Shown: positions 36,301-47,800, counted from the first letter of the stretch. The stretch is DNA of 64,000 nucleotides from Cetorhinus maximus (GCF_964194155.1 NC_135889.1:84444001-84508000), one strand, 5' to 3'. Translations and numbers: made by a program. The notes: generated by a model from the letters alone, not told the origin.

Positions 36301-39300
36301 AGGGAGTTATGGATGTTTAATTCCATTAAGTTGTTAATTCCAATCAAAACTGAGGGCAGAAGATTTGATTTTTGGACACCAAGGGAATCACAGGATATGC
36401 TGATAGGGTGGGAAAATGGGGTTGAGGTAGAAGAGCAGCCATACTTTTATTGAATATTGAAGAAGGCTTGAGGAGCTATATGGCTCACATCTGCCCCTAT
36501 TTCTTATATTATCATGTATGAGTTTAATATTCTTTCTATAAGCTAACAATGTTAAGCTAACCATACTAAAGTTAATTTTTATGTTTAATTCTTTAGGGAA
36601 TTGATGAAGGTCCTGATGGCCTTAAGTTAATATCACATATAATTCAAGAGAAACTTGGCATTGAAATGTCTGTACTGATGGGTGCCAACATTGCTAAAGA
36701 GGTAGCAGATGAAAAATTCTGTGAGACAACAATTGGTAAGAAATGTGACACCATGTGCTCCTGGCATTCTTCCGATTTTTAAAAACTAGATAAGCTTCTA
36801 GTTTAGATAATATATAAGCTTCTAGTTTACTTGCATTTTTTCACTCGGCACTAATGGATTCCTAGTTGGATGTTAGCTGCATTACAAAAATTGACATGGA
36901 AAATTAGTGATTGAACCTGGAGTCACCCTTAATGTGGCATTCACATCTTCAGTCTCTTCCAATCATAAAGAAATCAAGCAGTAACTGGTTAATTAATCTC
37001 AGCCAGTTTCTTTAATTTATATAAAACTGAGACTTTTTTTTCACCATTGTTGCTGACAAAATGGTAAAGATACAGTATATCAAAACAGAAAAAGCTGGAA
37101 ATACTCAGCAGGTCAGGCAGCATCTGTAGAGGGTAACACCTGCACCCTCCCCTCCACTACTTCCACTGGCTCAAAACATATTACCTTTCTATCTTTGTTC
37201 AGTTCTAATGAAAGGTCATCCACCTGAAACATTAACTGTGCTTCTCTCCATGGATGCTGCCTGACCTGCTGAATATTTCCAGCATTTTCTGTTTTCAGTT
37301 CAGATTTCCAGCATCCGTAGTATTTTGCTTTTGGATTGGTGTTGTAATGGTAAGAGTATAATCTGGTTACTCTGTTTTATTTATCGCCAAAAGGTGATAT
37401 TATAAAACCTCAAATTTTCTGTGCAAATGAGTGTTTCATTCATAATGCTTACATATAATTTTATTGCTTTGAAAATGAAGAACAAAGTGCATACAAAGAA
37501 ATTTAGTAAACAAGAACTAAGCTAACATGCTGTTGCAGATGTGGTGTAATCATGTTGCAATGTAAGGTCTGTAGAAATGCTTAGCAAGGCTTTGTAAACA
37601 ACCTCCAGGCTCTGCATGGATCTGATACTTTTACTATTCTTTTTTATGTCTGTTGCTAGGATCCAAAAATAAAACTCATGGAGAGACCCTCAAGGAGCTG
37701 ATGCAGACCCCAAATTTCAGAATTACTGTAGTAGCGGAATGTGACACAGTGGAATTATGTGGAGCATTGAAAGCAAGTGACTGACAAATTTTAAGCAATA
37801 AATCTGGATTATAGATTGGAAATATGCATAAAAAAGCTGTATTTTACTACTTGGTTTCCTGTAGATCTTGAGATCGTTAAATTTTTTGAAATATTCATAC
37901 ATTTTACACCAGGATTTTCTTTATTTTCTTCTAATTGTGTTTAGATAAATCCATTTTTACATAATTTTCCAGAAGTTGACTTTATACCTTACAACAACAT
38001 GTATTCATATGGCACCTTTAATACAATGAAGTTCTGTAAAGCAGAATTTGATACCCAGCCACATAAGGTGATATACAGGGTAAGGGCAGATGCCCAAGAG
38101 CTTAGGCAAAGAAATAAGTTTTAATGAGTGTCTTAGAAGAGGAATGAGAGGTGGAGAAGCGGAGATGTTTAGGGAGGGAATTCCAGAGCTTAGGGCCAAG
38201 ACAGCTAAAGGCTAAGCTACCAATCATGAAGCAAGTAAAACTGGAGATGTTTAAGAGGCCAGAATTAGATAAACACAGCTATCTTGAAGGTTGTGGATTT
38301 GGAGGAGATTACAGAAATCGTGAGGGGAGAGGCCATGGAGGGATTTGAAAACTAGGATGAAAATTTGAAAATAGAGGCATTGCTTAAACAGAGCCTAATG
38401 TAGGTCAGCAAATGCTAAAATATTGGGTGAATAGATTTCGTGCAAGTAAGGACACAGGCGGAAGAGTTTTGGATGATCTCAAATTTATGATGTGGGAGGC
38501 CAGCCAGGAGGGCATTGAAATAATTGAGTCTAGAAGTAACAAGGAAAGAGGGTTTCAACAGCAGAGAAGCTAATCCAAGGGTGAGCTGGGCAATGTTACG
38601 GAGGGGGAATAGGTGGTCTTAGTTGTGGCATGGATATTTGATTGTAAGTTCATCTCGGGGTCAGATAAAACACCAAGATTTCAAACAGTCTAGTTCAGCC
38701 TCAGACGAATGTCAGGAAGAAGAAAGGAGTCGGTAGCTGAGGAGTTTGTAGCCAGGAAGGAATACAATAGCTTTGGTCTTTACGTTAACTTTTAACCCAA
38801 ATCTTTAATAGAGACATTACTGCTGGCAGTAACTGCTTTTCCGACTTTTGTCTAGGAACCCAATGCAAATATTAATGCCTCAGAGAACTTCATAAATGCT
38901 GACATGTTCTGACCTCCTCTGATCTAACTTCTAACAGACTATTAGCTACCAAAGAAAATCAGTGCACTCATCGGAGAAAGTATTTTTATTTAACATCCCT
39001 GTAAGTTAATAAATAGAAAATCTGATCACTTCTTGTCAGAAATCCTGGGTCTTCCTAAAAGACTCAGAAATCATAGTTTGAAAACTTAAATAGATAGACA
39101 AGAGATCTGAAGTCTTTTTAAAGCCTCACTAAATTCCATATTTCACACTTGATTTGTGTTGTTTCATATATTATTGATTCCATATGAAGTATGAATTTCA
39201 GCCTGAACTTTTCCAATACCTACTTTGTATTTTAACCTCAATTTTATTAACTGTTTTACTTCCTAGAATATTGTGGCTGTTGGTGCTGGATTCTGTGATG

Positions 39301-40676
39301 GGCTTGGTTATGGTGACAATACTAAAGCTGCTGTTATCCGCTTGGGATTGATGGAAATGTTATCTTTTGCCAAATTATTTTGTAAAGGACCAGTTACATC
39401 AGCCACCTTCCTGGAGAGTTGCGGAGTTGCTGATCTTGTTACAACTTGCTATGGAGGGCGCAACAGAAAAGTAGCAGAAGCATTTGTGAAAACTGGAAAA
39501 GTAAGGGTTATTTTAACTCAGTTATGACAATGCTTTTTTCTTTAATATTTTATGCCGTTGAGTAGTGCATTTATAGACATTGAAGAAATAATTCTCATTT
39601 TAATGTTTTGTTTTTCATGAAAAAGTCACATATTAATGAGTAGAAAGATAAAACTCTCAATTTCATAACAAAACAGTAATACACCCCACTCTAAATATAA
39701 CACAATTCTTGGAAGTCAAGCATTTATTGATTTACAAGGTTAAGTACAACATAAGTCCCATGAAATGTAATCAAAAAGGTCAGAATTCAATATCCAATCT
39801 CAAACTGTACAAAAATAAGAGAGTTCAATGAATAGAAAAATAGGTCTTTCTGTTTGTTGCGAGAGGGAGACTGACCCTAGATTGTATTTTGGATGACCCA
39901 TGTCACTCTAATTTTTGGTAATGTCACATCTAGATATACACCACTGTTATTGCACAATGTAATAGCCACTAATTGTGATTTTGCTGAATAATTGGAATAC
40001 AGGCCAGAGTCATACCTTAGATGTTCATAGTCTTTCACCTATGTTTTATCCAGTCCATTGAGGAGTTGGAAAAAGAGTTGCTGAATGGGCAGAAGTTGCA
40101 AGGTCCTCAGACTTCAGCTGAAGTTTACAAAATACTTGCACAGAAGAACTTAGTGAACGAGTAAGTATTTTTGATGAGTAAATAAGTTGGCTTATTTACC
40201 TATAATTTTAATGAATGTGTCAGTGCATCATTGATTGTGTAATAATATAAAAATTGCATTTATATAATGCTTTTAATGTAGTATCATGTCCCATGGTGCT
40301 TCATAGAAGTGTTGTTAAATAAAATTTGCACCATGTCACATAAGGAGGTATTGAGGCCAGTGACAAAAAACTGACTGGATTATTAGTTCAGTGAAATAAT
40401 TACTATGCTACTGTATCCATTCTACAGTAAAATATATGAAAATCTATGATTAGCACTAATGTGTGTGTGCGTTTTTGTAAAAGTGCATAGCCTCTACTTG
40501 CTACTTCAAGTTTGGGGATAAGGGTCCCATCCCATATTAAATTACTTCATACCAACCTTTATAATTTTTGTTTTTACAGATTTCCACTATTTGCTGCAGT
40601 TTATCAAATCTGCTATGAGTGTAGACCAGTCAGTGACTTCATCACATGCCTTCAGAACCACCCAGAACATATGTAA
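18331..40676 (+). CDS. gpd1c: Cytosolic NAD-dependent glycerol-3-phosphate dehydrogenase, 8 exons, 350 aa (most like fish gpd1c / GPD1L2 paralogue)
   Basis: Exons 18331-18374, 25380-25557, 28672-28812, 36597-36735, 37660-37772, 39267-39500, 40054-40160 and 40580-40676 join to an open 1053-nt frame. [28 protein letters not shown] and the C-terminal NHPEHM* are intact. Family call is firm; the paralogue call rests on the [15 protein letters not shown] signature and OSBPL11/LMLN neighbours. Confidence 0.9.
18790..19150 (+). mobile_element. CR1 LINE 3' fragment
   Basis: agaaccagaggacaccagtttaagg...atgaggaaaaacttttttatacag...tggaatgcactgcc...attttatgatt. Confidence 0.75.
19260..19505 (+). mobile_element. 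SINE 3' fragment followed by a Penelope terminal-repeat fragment with hammerhead motif (19403-19441)
   Basis: acagtgactatgcttcaaaagtatgtcattggctgtaaaacactttggg...aaatgcaagtctttcttt, then agttctgttgaagggtcgtgtggacccgaaacgttgact...gatgctgccagacctgccgag. Confidence 0.7.
19900..20250 (+). pseudogene. Very old Harbinger transposase remnant abutting element B
   Basis: 20186-20245 translates to [20 protein letters not shown], homologous to the F..IAGFPRVQGAIDCTHI motif. Confidence 0.55.
20770..21990 (+). pseudogene. Harbinger transposase (HARBI1-like), frameshifted
   Basis: [95 protein letters not shown]; the start codon appears mutated to ACG. Confidence 0.9.
22327..24215 (-). pseudogene. Harbinger Myb/SANT-like DNA-binding partner gene, spliced (3 exons), decayed
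   Basis: [16 protein letters not shown]...[11 protein letters not shown]...[13 protein letters not shown]; AG acceptors near 23596 and 23262; coiled-coil-like exon 3 (22692-22964) and a basic C-terminus. Confidence 0.8.
23991..24018 (+). repeat. Poly-G tract (~28 nt)
   Basis: Uninterrupted G run preceded by tgggtggggt. Confidence 0.9.
24561..24932 (-). mobile_element. Full-length tRNA-derived SINE (Meta-domain-like core) inserted in a CR1 3' fragment
   Basis: Minus strand: A-box-like tagcctagtgg, B-box-like ggtttgaatcc, core tctggttctctaatgtcctttagggaaggaaatctg..ccttacctggtctggc, and a tail near-identical to the LINE at 7141 plus poly(A). Confidence 0.85.
25380..25557 (+). CDS. gpd1c: GPD1-family exon 2
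   Basis: tttcag| ... [59 protein letters not shown] |gtaagt; 178 nt. Confidence 0.96.
26689..27187. mobile_element. Harbinger-family MITE (499 bp)
   Basis: Perfect 12-bp TIR GGGCAGAATTTT...AAAATTCTGCCC, no coding capacity; TIR resembles the ends of elements A-C; inserted into a CR1 tail. Confidence 0.85.
27500..28270 (+). mobile_element. Decayed CR1 LINE 3' region
   Basis: tgtagattcatcgggatgatcccagg...caaagaaagctatgaggagatttagtaga...tacaccagggttgttggagcatgaaatg; degenerate CR1 ORF2 C-terminus and UTR. Confidence 0.6.
28672..28812 (+). CDS. gpd1c: GPD1-family exon 3
   Basis: ttatag| [47 protein letters not shown] |gtaaag; 141 nt. Confidence 0.96.
31004..31972. repeat. Inverted repeat, arms 31004-31252 and 31723-31972 (~250 bp), spacer ~470 bp
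   Basis: The right arm is the reverse complement of the left arm with scattered mismatches; the ORF track shows the same peptide [16 protein letters not shown] on both strands. Confidence 0.95.
31213..32692 (+). pseudogene. Harbinger transposase, disrupted by stops, frameshifts and an inverted insertion
   Basis: [98 protein letters not shown]. Confidence 0.88.
33420..35097 (-). pseudogene. Harbinger C Myb/SANT-like partner gene, decayed, spliced
   Basis: ATG at 35097, degenerate [26 protein letters not shown] followed by the donor |gtaagt (~34858). Confidence 0.7.
35580..35945 (-). mobile_element. Old Deu-domain SINE remnant
   Basis: Antisense aacttggctcagttgctagcacttttgcctc...ataatctaaatggatacttgaatacaatactgaaagagtactgcacatt...gatga..ttaggagataaaac. 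Confidence 0.5.
36235..36520 (+). mobile_element. CR1 LINE 3' fragment
   Basis: ccatttaggtctgagatgaggagacatttc...tggaattctc...aagggaatcacaggatatg...ggttgaggtagaagagcagccat. Confidence 0.7.
36597..36735 (+). CDS. gpd1c: GPD1-family exon 4
   Basis: ctttag| [47 protein letters not shown]|gtaag; 139 nt. Confidence 0.96.
37081..37332 (+). mobile_element. Penelope-derived short element with inverted terminal repeats and a degenerate hammerhead motif (37201-37237)
   Basis: aaaacagaaaaagctggaaatactcagcaggtcaggcagcatc ... gatgctgcctgacctgctgaatatttccagcattttctgtttt; AGTT-CTAATGA-A-AGGT(catcc)ACCT-GAAA-CATT-AACT. Confidence 0.8.
37660..37772 (+). CDS. gpd1c: GPD1-family exon 5 (ends at a non-canonical GC donor)
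   Basis: tgctag| (G)[37 protein letters not shown] |gcaagt; 113 nt keeps frame with exon 6. Confidence 0.92.
37990..38780 (-). mobile_element. L2 LINE 3' fragment
   Basis: acaacaacatgtattcatatggcacctttaat tail; gggagggaattccagagcttagggcc; gcattgaaataattgagtctagaagtaacaagg (antisense of VTSRLNYFN). Confidence 0.75.
39267..39500 (+). CDS. gpd1c: GPD1-family exon 6
   Basis: tcctag| [31 protein letters not shown]...[31 protein letters not shown] |gtaagg; 234 nt. Confidence 0.97.
40054..40160 (+). CDS. gpd1c: GPD1-family exon 7
   Basis: atccag| [37 protein letters not shown]|gtaagt; 107 nt. Confidence 0.96.
40580..40676 (+). CDS. gpd1c: GPD1-family exon 8 (terminal)
   Basis: ttacag| (E)[34 protein letters not shown]; 97 nt. 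Confidence 0.96.
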
Positions 40677-41503
40677 CTTGAACCAACTCCTGCAAGTCCA
40701 TGTTATAATCGCAATCTTTTTCAATTTTTTGCAGCCAAAGTATAGAAACAGGTTATTTCAGTAGCCTTATTTTAAAGTTATCATTTTGATAAGGTGATCT
40801 TTTAATAGGCTTTTTTGTGAAACTTAATGAAAATCGATTTCCATATTCCACAATAATTCTTCATTTTAATTAGGGAAATGTAGCTTTTATATGTGCTTAT
40901 GAAAACTCGTTGCAAGCTCTAGAATGCTTATTGATGTTTCAACATCTTCAATCATTCCCTACTTTTATAAATGCAATTTTTCAGCAAGTTTCTTCTGTTG
41001 CCTTAACTTTTATATTAATAAATGCTGGCCTTAGATCATGAAGCAAATGTTGGTCATCCAGTTCTGTTTCATTCAGCAATGAGTGTTGACTCTAACTGAA
41101 GATTTTAGGGTTATGGGAATTGACTGCACATGGTAGCCCTTGGTTCAATAAAATGGACTGATTAAAGATAATGTTTACATTGAAGACAAATTTGAATTTT
41201 ATGCCTAGGAAATATTTTAGTGTATTTGTTTTCAAAAATATAACTTGCTCATTGTCATGCTTGGCTTCACACAAATGAAGCACTAGAATCTTTAAAAAAC
41301 ATACTGCAATTACAGTAAGTGTTTACAGAGACTTGTGTGCATAGAAAAACACTAACTTTTAAAAATAAACCAGTCCAATAGTCAACATAGAAATGTTGTG
41401 GTTAGGTAAATATGATGAGATATTAATAGTGGAGAAAATCCAACTTTGCTTTGAATGTGATGTAAAAACTGGATAATTTTGTAACTAATTATATTTCAAT
41501 CAC

Positions 41504-41509
41504 AATAAA
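41504..41509 (+). terminator. Candidate polyadenylation signal of the GPD1-family gene
   Basis: AATAAA followed by a T/GT-rich tract (tggtcttgtagcttttt). Alternative AATAAA hexamers lie at ~41017, ~41147 and ~41364. Confidence 0.4.
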
Positions 41510-42244
41510 ATATTTGTAATAATAATGGTCTTGTAGCTTTTTAAGTATATGTTAGTGCTGAAGCACTTAAATAATTTGACTCCACAGTACTGATCAGTTT
41601 ATTGCAACATCACAAAGCCTATTTCTCATGTAATATTACAAAGTTTCAGAAGATTATGATCCATTAGTAGACCATTTGGCTCATCAACTCCCCTACTGTT
41701 TGTCCATTTAAGCCACCTGGTTGCATCTCATTCTCTTTCTTGCTTGCCCTCCTTTTGGATATTTCACTCTTTCAAACAGCTATTTAAGCCCTTTAGAATA
41801 ATTTATGAATTCAAGAATGATTTGGATGACACTATCATCTACTCTATGATTTGTAACTTTCCCTTTGATGTCAGTATCACCCCAAGTGGTGATTAAATAA
41901 AACTGGAACCTTAATTTTTGTATATGTTATTGCTATAATTTTGGAAGATTTAAGAACTGAAAATTTACAGACATTTGATCCTAGTGTAGGTTTCGTGATC
42001 AAATGTTGCATTTGTTAAACTCAATATTTACTTTGTCAATTTTCTCATCTAGGTAGAGGTATGCAAACATGATGATCTTGCTAGGCTATGCTGATATATT
42101 CTGGAGTTATTTCAGTAAAAACAATGGAAAGCATAGATTGCAGGAAACCACATTGCCAGACGAACACTTTGTGATGTAACCATGACCCTGATACTAGTAA
42201 TAACAGACACTACAGCAATGCCTTCCTAATTGGTTGCTGAACCT

Positions 42245-42985
42245 GCTGGTTAACAAGGACAATCAGGTGCCTCTAAATGCAAATATTTCCCATTCTCCCA
42301 ACATTCAAAATATATATTTTTTTATCTTTCCTACCAAATTGAATAACTTCACAACATTGTATTCCATCTGCCATCTTCTTGCCCAATCACTCAAACTGTC
42401 TCCATCCCTCTGCAGCCTCTTTGCATCCTTATCAACACTTACCGTCCCACCTAACTTTGCATCGTCAGCAAACTTTGATACATTAATTGGTCACCTCATC
42501 TAAGTCACTGATATAGACTGTAAATAGCTGAGGCCCAAGTACTGATCCTTGCAGTACCCTGGTACAGCCTGCAAACCCAAAAATTTCCAGTTTATTCCCA
42601 CTCTTCTCTGTCCAATAACCAATCCTCTATCCATGCTAATATATCACTCCCAATCCCCTGAGTCCATGAGGCAATCTCATTGAAACAATTTTTTTAAGGG
42701 ACTTGACAGGGTAGACAGTGCTTGGAGGATGGTTCCCCTGGATGGTAAGTCTAGAGCTCGGGGTCACAGGCTCAAAATAAAAAGAAGCTATTTAGGATTG
42801 AGATGAGAAATTTCTTCACTGTGAAATCTTTGTGAATTCCATACCCCAGAGAGCTATGTATACTCAGTTGTTGAGTATATTCAAAGCAGAGATCAATAGA
42901 TTTTTGCATATTAAGAGATGCGGGGGGGATAGTGTGGCAAGCTGGAGCTGAGGTAGATCAGCCATAATCCAATTGAATGGGAGAC
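42245..42985. mobile_element. CR1 LINE with inverted 5' part
   Basis: 42245-42660 is antisense CR1 RT (QGSVLGPQLF, FADD, WQMEYN); 42665-42985 is the sense CR1 3' end. Confidence 0.65.
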
Positions 42986-43013
42986 TCAAGACAGACTGAA
43001 ACTGTGAATCAGT

Positions 43014-43139
43014 GGGTGGAATTTTACAGCCCCTTGCAGCGGGGGCAGGGACAAAAAATGCGACAAGCCATTCAAAAGTTCATTGACTTCGGTGGGACCG
43101 AGAAATCCCGCCGGCGGTAAGGGCTATAAAATCCTGCCG
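43014..43139. mobile_element. Small Harbinger-family MITE (~126 bp)
   Basis: Imperfect ~19-bp TIR gggtggaattttacagccc ... gggctataaaatcctgccg. Confidence 0.75.
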
Positions 43140-43269
43140 AATGTTTCAGCCTGCTGAAAGTGCTTTTACTGTGGTCTTCACAGAACATTCAGGGATCCAT
43201 TTTATTACTGGAAAAATGTAGCAGCCTAGCAGGACAAAGTGAACCATATTTAAAATAATTTTTTTTTCT

Positions 43270-44130
43270 TAAATATTTACAGCAAACTCATGGTTACAAT
43301 ATCGGACTAGCAACCCACAGATTTCATTCAAATCTCACTGTGGCAGATTACGAAATTCAATTCAATAAATTTGTTAACTTGTAGACTAGTGTGAGAAATG
43401 TTAAACATTTTTTTGAAAAATGCAGGGTTAGTACTGGCGAGGCGAGTATTTATTTCCCATTCCTATTTCCCCTTGAGAATGTGGTGGAAACCTTCTTCTT
43501 GAACTACTGCAGTGGCTGTGATCAAATTACTTGCACAATGCTGTTAGGTAGGGAGCTCCAGGATATTAGCACAGTGACAATAAGGAATGGTGAGGCTGGT
43601 GCGCAACTTGGAGGAAAACTTAGAGGAAAATCTGCAGATAATGGTGTTCACATGGACCTGTCCTGGGTGACAGAAGTCATAGGTTTGCAAGGTACCATTC
43701 AAGAAGCTTTGCTGAGTTGCTGCAGTGCACCCTATGGATAGCACACACTGCAGCCATGGTGCACCATGGTGGTGCAGGGAAATGGATGTTTAAACATGGT
43801 GGTTAGTCCGATCAAGCAAACCGCTTTATCCTGGATGGCATCGAGCTTTTTGATTGTTACAATTGCAATCATCTGGGCAAATGGAACGTATTCCATTACA
43901 CTTCTGACTTAGCTTTTGTGATATCAGGAGTTTGGAGAAGTCACTTGCCGCAGTATACCCAGCCTCAATATAACAAAAATTCTTGTAAAAACATAACTGG
44001 TACACTTCTGTCCATTAGGGAAGCGAAGTTGTCACTTATATCTTGGCTGGCATCCATTCCCATATTACATGGTTGACATTTAATGTCCTCTAAATTGGCC
44101 TAGCAAGCCATTCAGTTGTGAACATTCACT
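43270..44130. mobile_element. Decayed SINE pieces flanking an antisense LINE 3' fragment (43420-43965)
   Basis: cccttgagaatgtggtggaaaccttcttcttgaactactgcagt resembles the 7141 LINE tail; actggtacacttctgtccattagggaag resembles the SINE core. Confidence 0.55.
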
Positions 44131-44271
44131 GCAAAATACAGCAAGAAAATCAGACACGTCTATGATCAATAATAGAGGCATTTTGAGGATAATCTCAGCC
44201 CAGTTGACCCTGCTAAGTTTTCTTCTTGATACCTAAATTGGGTTAGCTGTCCCACAGACTTGGCAGCCTGA

Positions 44272-44873
44272 CATAGAATCATAGATTGGTTACAGCACAG
44301 AAGGCCTTTTGACCTGCTATCTCCATGCCAGCTCTGTGTAACAGTTTCTGAGCTTGTGCCACTCCCCTGCCTTTTCCCTGTAGCCCTGCAAATATTTTTC
44401 TTCACAGATAATTATCCAATTCCTTTTTGAAAGCCACGATTTGATCTGTCTCCACCATATTCTCAGGCAGTGCATTCAATCCTAATTGTTGCATCAAACA
44501 GTTGTTCCTCATGTCGCCATTGGTTCTTTAGGTAATCAGTTTACATCGTGTGTCCTCTGGCTCTCGACCCTTGTGCCAATGGTAACAATTTCTCCCTATC
44601 TAGTCTGTCCAGACCCCTCATGATTTTGAACACCTCTATTAAATCTCTTCTCAACCTTCTCTTTTCTAAACAGCCCCAGCTTCACCAATCTATTTTCGCA
44701 ATTGAAGTCTCTCATTCCTAGAACCATTCTCATAAATATTTTCTACACCCTCTTTAATGTCTTCACATTCTTCCTAACTGTGCTGCTCAGAACTGGAGAC
44801 ATACTCCAGTTGAGCCAAAAGGGTTTTTTTTTAAAATAAGGTTCACCATAACTTACTTGCTTTTACACTCTAT
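44272..44873 (-). mobile_element. CR1 LINE 3' fragment, interrupted by Harbinger A
   Basis: catagaatcatag tail, ccactcccctgccttttccctgtagccctgc, ttcctcatgtcgcc; CR1 sequence resumes after 49035. Confidence 0.8.
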
Positions 44874-47800
44874 GGGCTGAATAATACATTCAGGCACGTG
44901 GGTGGGAGCCGCACCCGGAAGTGGGTGGCCTTCTGACTTCCGGGCTCGCCATCCTAACAGATAAAACGGCAAGTAGGCCAATTGGGAGTGGAGGGCGAGT
45001 TGAGGCCCCAAGGAAGTGAGGATTTCGCCCCATCAACCCGGGAGAGTGGGATGCCCGGCGTCAGAGCTTGTTGGGTCACGGCCACTCATTTAAAGGCTCA
45101 CCTGGCACAGGAAAGAATCAGGTGATGCAGAAAATGTATTCCACCAGCACAGTTCTTCAGCATTTGTGACTTGGAGATATTTGCAGGCCTTTAAGGTAAT
45201 TGTGCATCAGTTTAGGCTTTCTCTGACATGTTCATGGTTTGCCACTGATCGCAGGTGGCATTCAACTTGAACATTGACAAGTTTTCCTGACCTAAGCATA
45301 GAGAAGTTGTCCAGTTATTGCCTCCAGTTTCCCTCCAGAGATGTCCGAGGCAAGAGAGTGAGGGGAGAGGCAGGGGAGAAGGGTCAAATCAGCCCCTACG
45401 TTTGATGGCAAGACGCATAGCCTGGAAGGAGGTTGCTACAGAGGTCAGCAGCGTTGGGCTAGTGCGGCATACTTGAACGCAATGCCAGAGGAGGCTCAGT
45501 GACCTGAGGTCGGCCAGAGTGAGTAAGTCCTCAGTTTGTGTATGATTGTGACAAGAAGCTACAGGGTAGCGTTGCGAATGCTGGAGGCATGTGAATTTGT
45601 CAAAAGGTCCAAGGTAGCATGATGCAGCAAAGACATTGGTGTTTGCGCTGATGTCTGTGTGCACTTATTGCTTTGATACAGGTGGAGGGTGTGGGGTCGG
45701 GAGCCTGTGCAGATGAAGACAGTATCTTGGCAGCCAAGCATTGTGCTAATAATGCAGAGGTGGGATGACGTGAAATAACCTAACAATGTTAATGATTGCA
45801 ATGTTACACCAATTTTCAAGAGAAGTGTGCCCACAATGCACAAGAGAGAGGCCAAACTGGAGGGGGTGTGCCAGACCTGGTGATACTGTTTGAGGCCATT
45901 CGAGGAGGTTCTCATGCTCTCCGTGTCTGAATCCTCCAGGTTGATTGGCAGAGGTGAGATTGAAGGAAGGCATGGGTCTGGTGAGTTTACATATGACTGA
46001 AATCAGAAGAACGGGGGATAGGTTAAGTGGGAGGTGGATTGATGTTTTGCAGGATTCAAAGAAAGATATGAATCTTAGTCCGAGGCTAAAACCCAGGGTA
46101 ACTTCATAGCCAAAAGCGTAAGTGTGTATAGTGTTTGCATTGTCACATCATGGCACACATGACTGTAAAGTTGCTCAGCACTGTGACCTTGCACAACAGT
46201 GGAAAGGTTTTTGTAGACTGCTAATGCCATTTCTTCTGTCTCCGGTGCAGGTGAAATCTCTTCTGCTGACCTGAATATCATTGACAGGCTGTCATTCCCC
46301 TCCAAGGATGAGGAAGAACCCTCAGACGAAGCACCATCACATCCTCTCTCTAGCCCAAGCAGCAGTGCAGATACCGGCATGCTGGCAGGAATTAGTGTGT
46401 CAGGACAAAGACAGGCACAATCTGGTGAGGCCACTTCACATTCGCATGTGCAGCTGCCAGAGAATATGGTGGAACAAGCCTTGGACAGCTGGAGGAATGC
46501 CCGGGGTGATCCAGAGACTGATTTTGAGTTGAATGATGAGCTTCTGGAGTCAGCCATGAGGCAGCAGATGCTGGATGTCCAGCACGAGGTCTGTGGGGAT
46601 TTGGCGGATATACCAGAGGGGTTGCATGCTCTGGCCTGGACTGTGGAGGTGCCCATCCAGGCCATGTGCGCTGTGATCATCCACTCTTCAGAGTGCCAAG
46701 CTTCCTTCATGGGCAGACTGGCAACTGTCCTGGAGGGGCAAACCAAACATACTGCAGACACAATCATGGGTATGCACTTCAACTTGCACTTTATCTCATC
46801 TTAGGGGCCCATAGCCAGGACAACAGGGGGACTAGGAGCATGGGCACCAAGCCAGCTCCTGGGACCTCATGAGAAGGCAGGGAGGACCACATGGACCCAG
46901 TGGCAAAGGATGAGCAGCAGCTTCCACCCTCTGGAAACACCTCTCAGGACACTTCTGATGGGGGCCGCGTCTCCTCCATCCATCTGCTGTTGACACAATC
47001 CTTGGCCAGTGCTGCAGTGACAGAAGCTCCTCCTGCCACTCAGCAGTACTTCTCGAGCGTGGCAGGCTGCTCAAGGCCTCTGACACATAGAGGACACCTG
47101 CCAAAGTCATCCAGGGTGAGGAAAGTGGATCAGTGCAACTGCAAGCAAGGTGGGGGAGCACTACACCAGAGCACGAGGAAATGCATCAAGAAAACTCCGC
47201 AGTAGTCACCAGGTGAGTCACGTGAGTCTGTTTTTTAAGGTTGTTAATATAATGTCTCATAGTTATTATGTAAGTAAACCCTAACCTCGCTGTCCCTCAT
47301 GCAGAGATTATTTTAATATGTTATGCTGTTGAACCTCTTTAGGGAGATAGGCATTAGCTTTAATAATTTGAAGCAGGGCAGGATGCATTCAATGTCAATA
47401 ACTGGATAGAGTGAGTGTGTTGACAGGACAGTGACATGAGTTTCCCATTCCACGTGGAGCAAGGTTTGGACACATGCCACGAGGCGAGAACTTCATAAAC
47501 TATTGAAACCTCTGCCTTATCAAGGCGTCCCTGATGTCCCAGCCATCCAAGCAATCAAGTCCAGACCCTTCCACCTGATCGTCATCACGTACCCTCACCT
47601 CATCCTCATATGAATGGCCCCTATCTACCGTCCCCTCTTCCTCAAGGACATCCTCTCTCTGAATAGCGAGGTTATGGAGGGCGCAGCACACCACGACACG
47701 TGATGGAGCATGCTGAAAGGTGTCTCCTTATCTGTTAAGGGATCTGGAGCTCCTTTTCAATAGCCCGATGATCTGTTCAACAATGGCCCTGGTGCTTCTG

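Noticed and set aside
36783-36828. Short palindrome and repeat aaactagataagcttctagttt...ataagcttctagttt
   Set aside because: Tiny local duplication in an AT-rich intron; nothing supports a function.
46075-46782. 235-aa minus-strand ORF
   Set aside because: Antisense shadow of the Harbinger Myb/SANT last exon.
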